Below are positions 1 to 11,842 of a stretch of 37,411 nt of DNA, in pieces; positions within the stretch are counted from its first letter, which is position 1, and every line of letters begins with the position of its first letter. The notes beneath the pieces are model-generated. The model worked only from the letters and a program-made list of their open reading frames with translations, was not told the origin of the DNA and made no database searches. The stretch is from Basidiobolus meristosporus CBS 931.73 (taxonomy: Eukaryota > Fungi > Basidiobolomycota): NCBI GenBank assembly GCA_002104905.1, contig MCFE01000773.1, forward strand, positions 1 through 37,411, written 5' to 3'. The position numbers were made by a program, and so were the translations under genes.

Positions 1-58
1 GTTCATTCCATCTTCAGACACCTTGAAAAGCCAATACTGAATTCAGATTTTGTTCTAG

Positions 59-2800
59 GTCTTCCTTTGTCCTTTATTAGAGTCCTTGGCTACAGAAACT
101 CCGATCCTGCCTCGAAACTCCATCACCAGAATATTCTCAAACATACTGGATATTGTAAATTTAAACAAGGAGTTGTTGAAACAGTTAGAGGAGCAGATTG
201 CTGATGCGAGTCCAAGCATGGTTACAGCGAGAATTGCCAAGATCTTTTTGGATATTGTGAGAATTTAGTTATTTACTTTTGTTAGCATTTTTGTGTTCTA
301 ATTGTCGTTACGTAAGTCCCCTTTTCTCAAAATGTACTCGATGTACGCCCGTAATTTCAGCAACGCCATTTCAACCGTCTCGACGCACTCCAACCAGAAT
401 TCCTCGTTTGCGAGATTCATCACTGTGCGTGATTTGGTCGTTACTTTTGCCTGGACGTCGTGTCTAATCTTTTGTTTTTGAATTTCATAGAAAGCCAACA
501 AACATCCAGAATGCGGCTCACTCCGCTTTGAAAGTCACCTAATTCTTCCTGTTCAGCGAATTCCTAGGTCAGTCCAAAACATCAATGTCTATTGGTCAAA
601 CCGGACTAACCGAGTGTTCATTAGATACGAGATGTTGTTGAAGCAACTGATTAAAAGTATTGGCGAGGGACATCCAGATCACGAGTCTCTTTCCAAAGCG
701 CTGCTTTATGTTGAAGATGGTATTGTATATGTTATTGCTTTTGCAGTTGATTTGGAAGTTAATTCAATTCTTTATCGCCAGTTGCCAAATATGTCAACGA
801 GATGATACGAGCGGGAGAGAAATCCATTATTATGGTCCACATTCAAAAATCACTAACCGGATTCTCAGAGGTAGTTTATTTCGAACTCGAATCAATCTAG
901 TCCTGGAGTCGTTAAACATCCTCTTTCAATAGAATCTTTTCGTTCCAGGTAGAACCTTCATCCATCAAGGTTCTGCAAAGAAAGTAAGGGTTGAGAGCCG
1001 ATGCAAAGTTTCCGATCCGTTAATCATTTATATCCAATGATAGATCTGTCGTAAAAGTCATCAAATCCGCAAGTTTTTCTTATTTTCCGACATTTTGATC
1101 TACGCCAGTACGAGCCTAGTGGGTGATTCTTATTCATTTAAACGCAAACTATCACTCCGCGAGCTCCAGATCACCGACATTCCGGATGAAGAGGGTAAGA
1201 AGTGCCTTTCCAACTGCCATCTGTTCGTTTATTGAATTGATGCGAACAGGCGAACCTCCGAATCGCTTCAAGATTAGTAGTCGAGAGAAATCATTTGTTC
1301 TCTATGTTGGTAAGTTGGCTTCAGCTATTTGCGAAGCAATACAACAATATGATGACCCTCCTTGGTTACAGAAAAAATCAAGGAAAAACTAGAATGGATT
1401 AACTTGGTACAGACCGCCATCCAGAATCTACAAGGCTCTATTGTTCCCGATCAAGTTGTCTATCCTTCAAGTATGCCCGAGGAGTTTAGAGAGCATCTCA
1501 AAGATACTATCTCCAGACAGCAATCCGAAAAAATAGAGCCTGCCGTTATCAAAGATTACTTTTCTCCAGTCTGGGTATTGAATTGAGTAAGCACCTGGCT
1601 GACGAACAAATATTTAAAGTCATTTTCTATTCTAGGTTCCGGATAATGAGGCAACCGATTGCGCTTGCTGTGGTGAGTTGTTCAACCCTGTAACTCGTAG
1701 AAAGCATCACTGCAGGTAAATATCAATCTATACCAAGTCAAACAGTTGGGTTTCTGACGACAATTTCCAGAGTTTGTGGCAAGGTGGTTTGCCATGGCTG
1801 TTCGTCCAAGGTAAGACTAGATGTCAAGCAGAAATTGCTGTCAATATCTACTTAACGTAGTTATTAGCGATTCATGATTCCCGGAAAGTATGGCGAGGAT
1901 CCAAGGGTAGAGAGAATTTGTGACCCGTGTTACGACTTGAAATTTGGAAAGCAGGCTCCTCCGGCGGTCGTTGGAATGCCTTCTGCCCTTCCTACTGCAA
2001 AAAATAAGCGCATTTTAGAGTTGGCTAATAGTAGTAAAGATGCCGAGAATCGACGTCACAGCTTCTTGGCTGATTCTACCCGATCGAAAGGAGCGGATAG
2101 AAGAGGAAGTATCATTGATTCAATCCGATCACAGAGAGTAAGAAATCAATTTTAAGGATCGCCGGATGCTGTAGTCGTAACTTACTTTTTTCCGCTTAGA
2201 CAAGGGCTATGACCATGCTTGAGTCAGGTTTAAGAGCTTCGTTTTACGGCGGCTCGACACCAATCATAAATCTGTCATTTATGCTGAAAAAGAAATGTGA
2301 TCTGTGCTTGGAAGAATTCTCTATATTCAGATGGAGAGTAAGTATTGAGAGTGTAGCATGGTGTATTAGCATGATTTCTGAATGATTTTTACATTCTAGA
2401 ACGACTGTGGAAAGTGTAAGCGTACGATCTGCTTCGATTGCTTAAGTAAGCAAACAGCACGAAACGGCTTCCTTCCCACGCAGAAGCCCCATACACCTTG
2501 TAAAGCAGAGAAAAATGAAGAGGATTTTGTGAAGATGAGTTCCGGAATGTTCCAAGATTACTTTGAGGAGTTGACCAAAATCTGCGATCCATGTTCCAGA
2601 GGTTTGTATCAGATTCCCATGACTGCGAATGTGTCTAATGTCATTATTACCTGTTATTAGGTATTCCACCATCACAAGTCCAAGTAAATGAGAAAGGTGG
2701 CGGATGGAGTATCATTGCGTTGAAGTCTCCAGAAATAGAGAGCAACGAACGGGAGCTTGGGTATTTCGGGGCATTTCCATCTCCGCAAACAAATGTATAA
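59..2800 (+). CDS. FGD-like RhoGEF (DH-PH-FYVE plus second FYVE-like zinc finger), paralog 1; 5' part lies outside the window
   Basis: Manually spliced exons (59-256, 317-424, 491-567, etc.) read through without stops: DH motif ESHLILPVQRIPRYEMLLKQL, PH-like QIRKFFLFSDILIY...[53 protein letters not shown]...CDPC; stop TAA 2798-2800. Intron positions match paralog 2. Confidence 0.88.
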
Positions 2801-3087
2801 TTCTATATATTAACTGATAACATTTTTGTACCTCTTTATTGATATAAATAACCCACCCATTCCCTCCATTCCTTGTAATTCTAAAGTAGCATGTATAAAT
2901 CAGTCATTTCATTGGGCATCAACTGTTGGAACTTGTATAAACACACAGATAATAAATAAATAAATAAAACCCATTTACCCGTCATATATGCACCAGACTC
3001 ATCCGTCCGTTTCAAACAAGAACAGTTCACGGTAATGTACGACCCCATATGGGCCTTTTGTACGATTTAGATTAAAAACACTTGGTG

Positions 3088-3363
3088 TCACCCAAGAGCC
3101 ACCTTGATATGCTGCAACCTTCTAACGATTATCTCAGGACTGCCAAAGTCCGAAGAAAACCGAATCGACGTTCGCTCATAACGTTGAGTATGACGTTACC
3201 TTGCCTTGATCCTTCCAAAACCTGCTTGGATAGTAACCTAGAAACAGCCGTGTATATATTTATATATGGTTGCAACTCAGATGTTTGGTAGCATGTATGC
3301 CAGCCTAGCCAACTTTTAAACACCGATCTCGAGGAATCATTTACCTACGTGGACCCAAGACAT
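3088..3363 (-). CDS. Possible 34-aa three-exon micro-ORF (MSWVHVTIQAGFGRIKASPEIIVRRLQHIKVALG)
   Basis: Exons 3363-3349, 3237-3200, 3139-3088 join in frame through GT-AG introns (gtaggt..tttctag, 111 nt; gtaacg..tttggcag, 60 nt). No recognised homology; speculative. Confidence 0.2.
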
Positions 3364-3847
3364 ATGAATTTTCCTTATTCAACTTCTGCTGAGCTGGTAC
3401 TGAGTATGGCAATGTTATAGAGATGTCTCACGTATTCCTGATTGCCCACTGTCTGCTGCTGGGGTATTGATCGATATCGATTGAGTGTATTCTATACATT
3501 GAGACAAGCTTTGGTCTCCACCGCCTTAATTTCTTATTAAGCCTTTCTTGATACAACAATAATAGAGTCCCTGCATAAATTAGTTGACGACGAGCCTTTT
3601 AATATCCATTGTAAAATTCATTAATATGTATGTGGTATGTGTTATGTGGTATGGGATGACTTGGGATGACTTAAAAGCTCCGTGATACCTCTTTTTACGT
3701 TTACTTTCTACTCTTGATCATTGTTCCTAACAAGACGACACATACTCCTTGATATTTGGCGGCTATGCGTAGCTTATAGTTTTCAGAAAACAGACTACGC
3801 AAACTTCTCCCCACAAAACTGAAACGAAGAACAAGTAGTAATTCGCC

Positions 3848-6800
3848 ATGTCAACTCGTCGCCACATAGAACCTCACTTCAACTCGATGGCGCCGAACAA
3901 CCCCCGCCTAACCAAGAGGTCGTGGATATTCGCCAAGCCTCCACCACTTCACGAATCTCTTACCCAGGAGAATGTGGCCCCACCTCGCAACAACAGTAAC
4001 AGCAACGATGATGGGTTGGCCTCTGCCGTCATGAGACTTTCCTTTTTCAGAAACAATTGTTCTAAAGATAGCTTGTCTCTTGAGCCGGTAACCACATTCG
4101 CTTCTGAACTAGAGGAGACCAATTCCTACGCTATTCCCCTCAATAGACCAAATGGACGGAGTATGCCTTTGTATGTAAACCACACAAGCCGTAAGTTATC
4201 CGACGATTTGAATTTTGACGATAATTATGAGTATGAGGGAAATGGGACGGACGCTACGCCTTCTTTATCCTCATCATTCGCCTCTACTTTCCATACAAGC
4301 TCCAACCGCAATAGTACAGTCACGGTTGAATCCATGAACAGCCTATATTCTATAGCGGAGTCGCCACCCTATCTGGCTGGCTTCCATACCCCGCCTATAT
4401 TGCCCTCGATTGACTGCGGTGTAGATGGAAGATGTTATACCGAAGACGATGAGCAGACCTGCACACCGACCCTTAATAGAAGAGCATCGTACCTCCCAAG
4501 CGATAACGAAGGTGAGGACTACTTCAGCCTCCGTCGAAGCCGCTGCATGTCGTCATGCACGTCAGAAAATGAGGACACGGATGATTTCAGCCTCAACGAT
4601 GACCTAGCCTCCTTCGAATCGGTGGAAACAATCATCCCTCCTAAGAGAGTCGACTCTGATGGCCAAGAAGTATGCAGTGAGCCATTCCAATCCCTTCCGC
4701 CAATCGATACGCAAAGTAGTCAAGGAGTCGAGCCGACACGCGACTCCCCGAGGTCCCCGGAAAAGGAGAAAACCAACCAGATAGCGCAGGAGATTATCAA
4801 TAGTGAACGATCTTACGTCAATGGATTGCTGATGATTCAAAAAGTACGTGCTAATTGTAGGTAGTTCATTCATCATCAAGAGGATTACTCAGCCTCCCTG
4901 TTTCGCAGGTGTTTCTGTGCCCCCTGCTGGAATCGCTGGCAACCGACAACGAGATACTGCCGCGGAATTCCATCACCCGGATCTTCTCGAATATCTTGGA
5001 TATTGTCAATCTAAACAATGAGCTTCTTCGGCAATTGGAGGAGGAGCTGAAGGATCTCGACGAGGAGACTGCGCCCAGAAAGATCGCCAAGATATTTCTA
5101 GACATTGTAAGGAGGTTGGATAGAGTCCTGCGCGACCTTGCCCCGGGACTAACTCTCGTTTCTAGGCGCCCTTCTTGAAGATGTACTCGATGTATGCTCG
5201 AAACTTCAACATCGCCATCTCTACCGTCTCCACCCATTCGAACCAAAACTCCGCGTTCGCCAAGTTCATCAAGGTAAGCTACCAACAACCCTGCTTTATT
5301 CATGGCCGGGTTACTGACCAGGCTTTTTACATCCCCAGACCGCCAATGAGCGTCCCGAATGCGGTGCGTTACGCTTTGAAAGCCATCTCATTCTCCCAGT
5401 ACAGCGGATCCCCAGGTATTGCAGTTAATCTTCGTAGCATTCTGTGTACTCCGACCAACCGGATATCTCTTAGATACGAGATGCTGTTGAAGCAGCTAAG
5501 CAAAAGTATTGGTGAGGATCACCCGGACTACCTGTCGCTCAACAAGGCTTTGCGATATGTGGAAGACGGTAAGCTATCTCGGTCGGTTCATTGCTTGGGT
5601 GAAAGCTGAGCATTGTTCTGTGACAGTGGCCAAATACATCAATGAAATGATCAGAGCTGGAGAGAAGTCCATCATGATGGTGAACATTCAGAGGTCTCTG
5701 ACCAACTTCTCGGAGGTACGTTCTCATCCGACCCTGCGTAAAGCACGTCACATCTATTGACACCATCCGCATTAGAATCTGTTTGTCCCGGGAAGAACAT
5801 TCATCCATCAGGGTGTAGCCAAAAAGGTTAGTAGGAAGCCACCACTCGGTCTCTGTGCAACTACTTACCCCCTCCCCCCTAGATCTGCCGCAAAAACCAC
5901 CAGGTGCGCAAGTTCTTCTTATTTACCGATGTCCTCATCTACGCCAGCCCCAACCTGGTTGGCGAGACGTACTCGTTCAAACGAAAGCTATCTCTGAGAG
6001 AGTTGCACGTGTCTGACATCCCGGATGAAGAAGGTTTGCCCACATCATCTGATCCTATTTTGGAGACGGCAAACTAACCACCATCCTCCTCCACAGGGGA
6101 ACCCGAGAATCGGTTCAAAATCAGCTCGCGCGAGAAATCCTTTGTAATTTATGTTGGTAGGTGACTCTCGCATGGCGGCATGATTTCCCCAGCTCAACCT
6201 TGTTCTGTTTAGACAAACCCCGGGAAAAGGAGGAGTGGATCAGTCTAATATGTACAGCGATTCAGAACCTGCAAGACTCCATTGCCCCTCACGAGGGGGT
6301 CAATCCATCCAATATCAGCGAGGAGTTTAGGAACATATTGGATGACACCCTCAGAAGCCAACATCAACAGCTGACCCAGCCAATCATTACCGAATACTAC
6401 TCTCCTGTCTGGGTAAGCCCCAGTGCCAATTCCGTAATTAGCTTAGTTTGCTGATCTGAGTCCCAATTAGGTTCCAGACAACGAGGCATCCGAGTGCGCT
6501 TGTTGTGAAGAGCCATTCAACCCGGTTACACGTCGGAAGCATCACTGTCGGTAAGTGGTGGATCCCCAGTCCGGCTCATGTTTGGGCTTCATTAACGAAC
6601 AATGCTTACATAAGGCTCTGCGGGGAAGTGGTCTGCCACTCGTGCTCTTCCAAGGTATGCTCACCTCCGTCATTACCCCACCAAATTGTCTGTGCTCATC
6701 GACCATCACCACTACAGAGATTCATCATCAAGGGAAAGTACGGCGAGGAGCCAAGAGTAGAGAGAATATGCGATCCGTGCTATAGCATAAAATTCGGAAG

Positions 6801-7635
6801 CATTGACAATTCCCATCATCCGCTCACAACGCCCAAACCTAAGAGGGTGCTTGAACTATCAAGCTCGCAGTTCTCCGAGGAACGCCGACCTAGCTTCCTT
6901 GCTGACTCAGCCAGGAGCAAAACAACCCCTAGCAGGCGAGGAAGTATCATCGAGTCTATCCGCTTCCAAAGAGTAGGTAGCCCAGCAAGTATGGACAAGT
7001 CCACATATACTCACCTCTTGCTCATAGACAAGAGCCATAACAATGATCGAGTCTACCAAATCAACCCTACGTGCCTCGTTCTACGGTGGCTCGGCTCCGA
7101 TTCCTCTGATGAATGCCGCCCTGCGTAAGAAATGTGATCTCTGCTTGGAGGACTTCAGTATCTTCAGATGGCGCGTAAGTTATCAGCTGTTGTCGCCGCA
7201 TTCCAACGAACCCCTTTCTCACCTATTCAACGACGCTCCAGAACGATTGCTTCCAATGCCGTCGAACGGTATGCTTCGACTGTCTGAACAAGCGTGTCAG
7301 TCGTAGCTTGCCGGAATTGACGATGGAGTGCGTCCTCACCAAAGAGCAGAAAACCGAGGACGAGTTTCTGAAGACGAGCTCCGGCATGTATGAAAAATAT
7401 TTTGACGAAAACACCAAGATATGTGACCCTTGCTCCAGAGGTAAGAGTGCTCTCGTCGACATCGATCCCTGAACCCCTAATCTGATCATCGTTCTCAGGT
7501 ATTCCCCCTTCCATGGTCCGTGTCAACGAAGAGGGAGGTGGCTGGAGTATCATCACTTCCAAATCCCCCGAGCCCAAGGAACTGGAACCCAAGTCGCCAT
7601 TCCTCAGTCGCCTTAAGGCTTTAGACTATCTTTAG
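3848..7635 (+). CDS. FGD-like RhoGEF (long Ser/Asp-rich N-terminus, DH-PH-FYVE plus second FYVE-like zinc finger), paralog 2
   Basis: Exon 1 3848-4843 ends in the DH start (IAQEIINSERSYVNGL); exons 4909-5106, 5166-5273, 5339-5415, 5474-5568 etc. give ESHLILPVQRIPRYEMLL, a PH region and [17 protein letters not shown]...RRKHHCR...CDPC; stop TAG 7633-7635. Confidence 0.9.
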
Positions 7636-7760
7636 CTATGTAAACTATCCCACTGTACAAATGTTGCTTGATTATCAATTATTCGATTGGATTTACTACA
7701 TAAAGTGAATGGTCCCAATGTTCAGGATTATTATTTATCCCCTGACAGCCTCGCTCCGAT

Positions 7761-7778
7761 TGTGTGTGTGTGTGTGTG
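7761..7778. repeat. (TG)9 microsatellite between the convergent 3' ends of RhoGEF paralog 2 and RPS11
   Basis: Direct read tgtgtgtgtgtgtgtgtg. Confidence 0.9.
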
Positions 7779-7868
7779 GACACATAAAAGAAATTTCCGT
7801 TGGAACCCAGTTTAATGCGTTAAACATACATCATGGTTTTATAGTAGATACATCGTCATCAACGAAAT

Positions 7869-8495
7869 TTAGAACTTGGTGAATTGCTTGCTACCTTGAG
7901 TCTTCTTTTGGACCTTGAGCACGTTGAAACGAACGGTCTTGGACAAAGGACGGCACTGGCCGACGGTGACCATATCACCGTTCTCGACACGGAAGCAGGG
8001 AGACACGTGAGCGGCAAGGTTCTTGTGACGCTTCTCGTAACGGTTGTACTTGGGGATGTAGTGAAGGTATTCACGACGGATGATGAGGGTGTTCTTCATC
8101 TTGGTGGAGATGACAACACCGGTGAGGATACGTCCACGAATGCTGACATCACCGGTGAAGGGGCACTTCTTGTCGATGTAGTGACCTTCAATGGCTTCCT
8201 TGGGAGTCTTGAAACCAAGACCAACATCCTTGTACCAACGAAGGTTGCGGGTCTTCTTGGCACCAACGACCTTGGCATTTTGGAAGATACCAACTTGCTT
8301 TTGGAAAGCTCTTTCAATCTAGGGAAATATCCGTGAGTCAGTGTCAGTGTCAGTGGGGGTGGTCGAGGAAAATACAAAGCGAAACATCGGGCCATGGTCG
8401 ACCTCTATCTATCCCATTGTGGTCATGAATCCATCGACCCCGGATGATGCTCGTGATGTTCCCTTGTGGTGATTGCTAATTACCTGTTCAGACAT
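7869..8495 (-). CDS. RPS11: 40S ribosomal protein S11 (uS17)
   Basis: Exon 1 8495-8484 (MSEQ), intron gtaatt..ccctag 8483-8319, exon 2 8318-7869: IERAFQKQ...[13 protein letters not shown]...KKCPFTG...RYEKRHKN...[17 protein letters not shown]; 153 aa. Confidence 0.97.
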
Positions 8496-8860
8496 ACTGA
8501 GAAATTTCGAAGACTAGGTAAGCTCTCGAAGGAAGAGGGAAAAGAAGGACTGTCCGCTGACCGAACTGTCATATTATTAATTTGCCCCCGACCAATGGAC
8601 TGGACACTAAATCACGTGATACAGCCCGTTTTTCCTCTCCATCATGAGAGGCGGGCTTTTTTTTTCTAGCCGAGCATTTTTTCATCCTGGTGATGCTGTG
8701 ACTGTAGATTGTCTTCGCGAATGGGTGATTCGGATGAATCCGGTTCTGGTTGGGATGCTAATCTTGATCACAATGATGGATTACTAATCTCTCGAAATGG
8801 TCGACGGCTATATGTACAGCGTTATCGGGCATTTAGCCCCGTTAATAATACTCACCAGCC
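8496..8860. promoter_or_regulatory. Compact divergent promoter region shared by RPS11 and NPY1
   Basis: 365 bp between head-to-head ATGs; CCAAT at 8592-8596 and palindromic E-box ATCACGTGAT at 8611-8620. Function is inferred. Confidence 0.5.
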
Positions 8861-10023
8861 ATGGATCCAGCCAGAGAGAAAGTCCACTTTCCGGAGGCCG
8901 CTCCAAACTTCTTCGCGGGTAGCAACCTGAACCGGTAGGTTTGCTTTACCAAGTCCATCGTAGCCTGAGATCTCTCTCACTAACCCTACGTACCAGCATA
9001 AGTGAACGCCGAACCGACATTCCTTTCCTTTCCGAGGCGTTAACCTCCCCGAATTCCCTGACCCTGCTGCTCTCCAATGGGAATCCTCTGGCGAGCACCC
9101 AACCAACCGCACTTCACTGGCTCCCATACACCGACATCAAAGAGCTCGTTGGGAATCCCTTTGCCGACAGCGAGAACCAGAGGTATCCGGAGGGGGTGAC
9201 TTTGGTGTTCTTGGGGATCGACAAACCGTTGGACAAGAGCCCCAACTATTATTGGACCCTGGACGTTTCGGCCAAAGGGCCGCTGGAGAGATCGTTCGTC
9301 GAACTCCAAGAGAGATTTACCGACTCGGTGTACTCCTTCATTGCGATGCGGCCAACTTGCTTCGGGTTATCCCCTGTCGAGGCGGCCATCTTAGCTCAGG
9401 CTCGAGCCTTGGTCGATTGGAACGCGCGTAATCAATACTGCCCTGCTTGTGGCAACAAGACCATCTTGGTAGACGCAGGGTACAAGCGAACATGTCCGCC
9501 CATATCCCCGGACCAGGTGTCAGCTGAGCATCCGCCATGTATCTCAACCAAAGGTGTGCATAATTTCGCATATCCCCGAACCGATCCCGTCGTGATTGTT
9601 TGCACCGTATCACCACAGGGAGACCGGATTCTATTAGGTCGGCAAAAATCCTGGCCACCCGGGATGTACTCGTGCGTGTCCGGGTTTGTTGAACCGGGTG
9701 AATCGTTGGAAGAGGCTGCTCGTCGGGAGGTGCGTGAGGAAACCGGGATCGTCCTTGGCCCGGTCACGTACCATTCAAGTCAGCCCTGGCCATTCCCCAA
9801 CTGCCTCATGATCGGCTGCATCGGGAAAGCATTGAGCGAGGACATCAATCTGGAGGATATGGAGCTGGATGAGGCCAGGTGGTTTTCGCGTGAAGAGGTG
9901 ATCGGTGGTCTGGAAAATCCGGTTGACCTGTCGATGAAGGATTCCCAACCGACGACTGATCTACGCTTGCCTCCTGAGAATGCGATCGCTCATCACATTA
10001 TCAAAGCCTGGGCGCTGGACTAG
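8861..10023 (+). CDS. NPY1: NADH pyrophosphatase / NAD-cap decapping Nudix hydrolase (NudC/NUDT12/Npy1 family)
   Basis: Exon 1 8861-8934 (MDPAREK...NFFAGSNLNR), intron 8935-8996, exon 2 8997-10023; zinc-ribbon CPACG, YPRTDP, Nudix box GFVEPGESLEEAARREVREETG and the family-specific SQPWPFP. Confidence 0.93.
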
Positions 10024-10296
10024 GAATGTCGCTCATCGCCACCGTGACTTTGTTGGTGTACTGTGAAGGTATGCAAGCGTGACTACTACTACGACTAGAG
10101 GTGGAGGTGTATTGGGTTATTTAAATAAATTTGAATAATTATCTAATGGCTAATTTCGGACACCATTCTTTGTATGGCGTTGAGGAATGCCCAATGAAGT
10201 GTGCGGTCTTTATTGCTTAGGGGATTAAGTCTGTAATCATTCTAAATTATACATGGAGCAAACCATAGCAAAGGGTCTTTGCTTGCATCATTCCAT

Positions 10297-11460
10297 TCAT
10301 TGTTTTAGTGTTTGGCGTTGTGTCTCCTTCCCAGTGGTGGTGTGTTCACCACCTGGCATCGCAACAACACACTGCTCGTTTGTGTTACCCTGGTCAGGCT
10401 TCGTCTCCACGGTGGATCCTGAATGCTCGAACTCGACCCCACGACGACGGGCATCCAGCCAGAGGCAGATGTAGGCAACAATTCCGGACACAAAGCCAAC
10501 GCCGTCATTTTTGAAGGTCATGAGCATACCACCGGACACCAACACAATCAAGAAGTTGCGGTTCCTGGTGGCTTGGGAGTCGTCGGGCTTGCTGAAGTTG
10601 CGTGCGGCCATGGCCAGTTCCAAGCCACTGACGAACAGCATCACCCCAAGGAATGACTTGGGGAAGTATTGGAGAAGGCCAAGGAACGAGCCACCAAGGA
10701 TGAATCCGATCAGCATCTTGCAGATCCCCAGGAACAGAATGCTCACTTCACTGCGTGCACCGAAGCGGTACTGGCCAGCGAGTCCACCAGAGCCATGACA
10801 GAATGGCATGCTCCCGAAGAAGCAGCCGGTCAGGTTCATCAGTCCAACACATGTGGCCACGGATGAGGTGGTGGTCTGGTTCTCGGGGAACAGCTCCTTG
10901 ATCAACGCCACCAACGCGATCACCGAGTTGAGGGTGGTGAGCGGAAGCTGGCCAAGCCCTGCGTTCAACATCCCTGTCACGAACTCACCCGGAGTTGGGA
11001 CAACTGGTTTGGGGTAGTAGAAGCCAGGGGATGGTAGTTGGATGGAGGTGCTCGAGGTGTACACCACGATGATGGCAAAGACCAGGCCAATGACAAAGAT
11101 GATCATGGCGGTGGGAATGCGGCGCTGATGGTACAAGAAGAACACCACACAGAACCACACGATCGCCCACTCATAGTTGTCGTGCCACTTCCAGTTGGTT
11201 CCACCCCAGGGTGTCTCGATCTTGAACAGGAGATCGGTGCCGGCCTTGGTCATCAGGGTGATTCCTGTGCCCATCTGAATGCCCCGGACCACGGCATGTG
11301 GCGTGTACTTGTTCACCAGGTGGATGGTGCGTGTCAGGCCCAGGAACAGGACCACTCCACTCACGAACATGCCGGCACCCATGATCTCACCCATGCTCAT
11401 CTTGCTAGCCAGGGCAATGGCTCCGATTGCTGTGCAAGTCAAGAAGGAGTACAGGATAGG

Positions 11461-11491
<31 letters not shown>

Positions 11492-11786
11492 AATGGTTAA
11501 TACACTGAAGAGCATATGTAACCGGAGTCGCCCAAAGAGTGAACTGTCAGGAGGAACACCTACTTTTCATGGGCTGAACACACATCGGAATGCCAAACTT
11601 GAGACCGGTAATGATATTCCACAAGCCACCGAAGATCAAGGAGGAGGTGAGGGAGACTTGACCGGAAAGAGAAAGGGACACCATCAAGGGGACCAGAGTA
11701 CCCAAGTCACCCAAACTTCCACTGATCTCGGCGAGGGTGAAGTTCTTCCTGTAGTGTGCCAACTTTCTTTTAATACAATTGCTCAT
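10297..11786 (-). CDS. Molybdate transporter, MOT1 family (copy A)
   Basis: Exon 1 11786-11564, intron 11563-11430, exon 2 11429-10297; motifs GSLGDLGT, PMCVQPMKTIGAIA, MPFCHGSGGLAGQYRFGARS; multiple hydrophobic segments. Confidence 0.9.
11461..11486. repeat. (GA)13 microsatellite in the MOT1 copy A intron (CT-rich on the pre-mRNA)
   Basis: Direct read. Confidence 0.9.
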
Positions 11787-11835
11787 GGTAAGAATTAGAA
11801 GAGGAGCGAAGTGATTGAGTGGGATGGTCTGGGTA

Positions 11836-11842
11836 TTTTATA
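11836..11842 (-). promoter_or_regulatory. TATA box of MOT1 copy A (TATAAAA)
   Basis: Nearest base is 50 nt upstream of the ATG, the same offset as the TATA of copy B. Confidence 0.6.

Noticed and set aside
7884-8336. 150-aa plus-strand ORF
   Set aside because: Antisense shadow of RPS11 exon 2, which explains the sequence fully.
8721-8930. Arg-rich upstream frame as a spliced mitochondrial presequence for NPY1
   Set aside because: No donor/acceptor pair I could find restores frame with NPY1 exon 2.
8941-8996. ORF-track start for NPY1 (MLYQVHRSLRS...)
   Set aside because: This is an intron; the real N-terminus is the 8861-8934 exon with the conserved NFFAGSNLNR motif.
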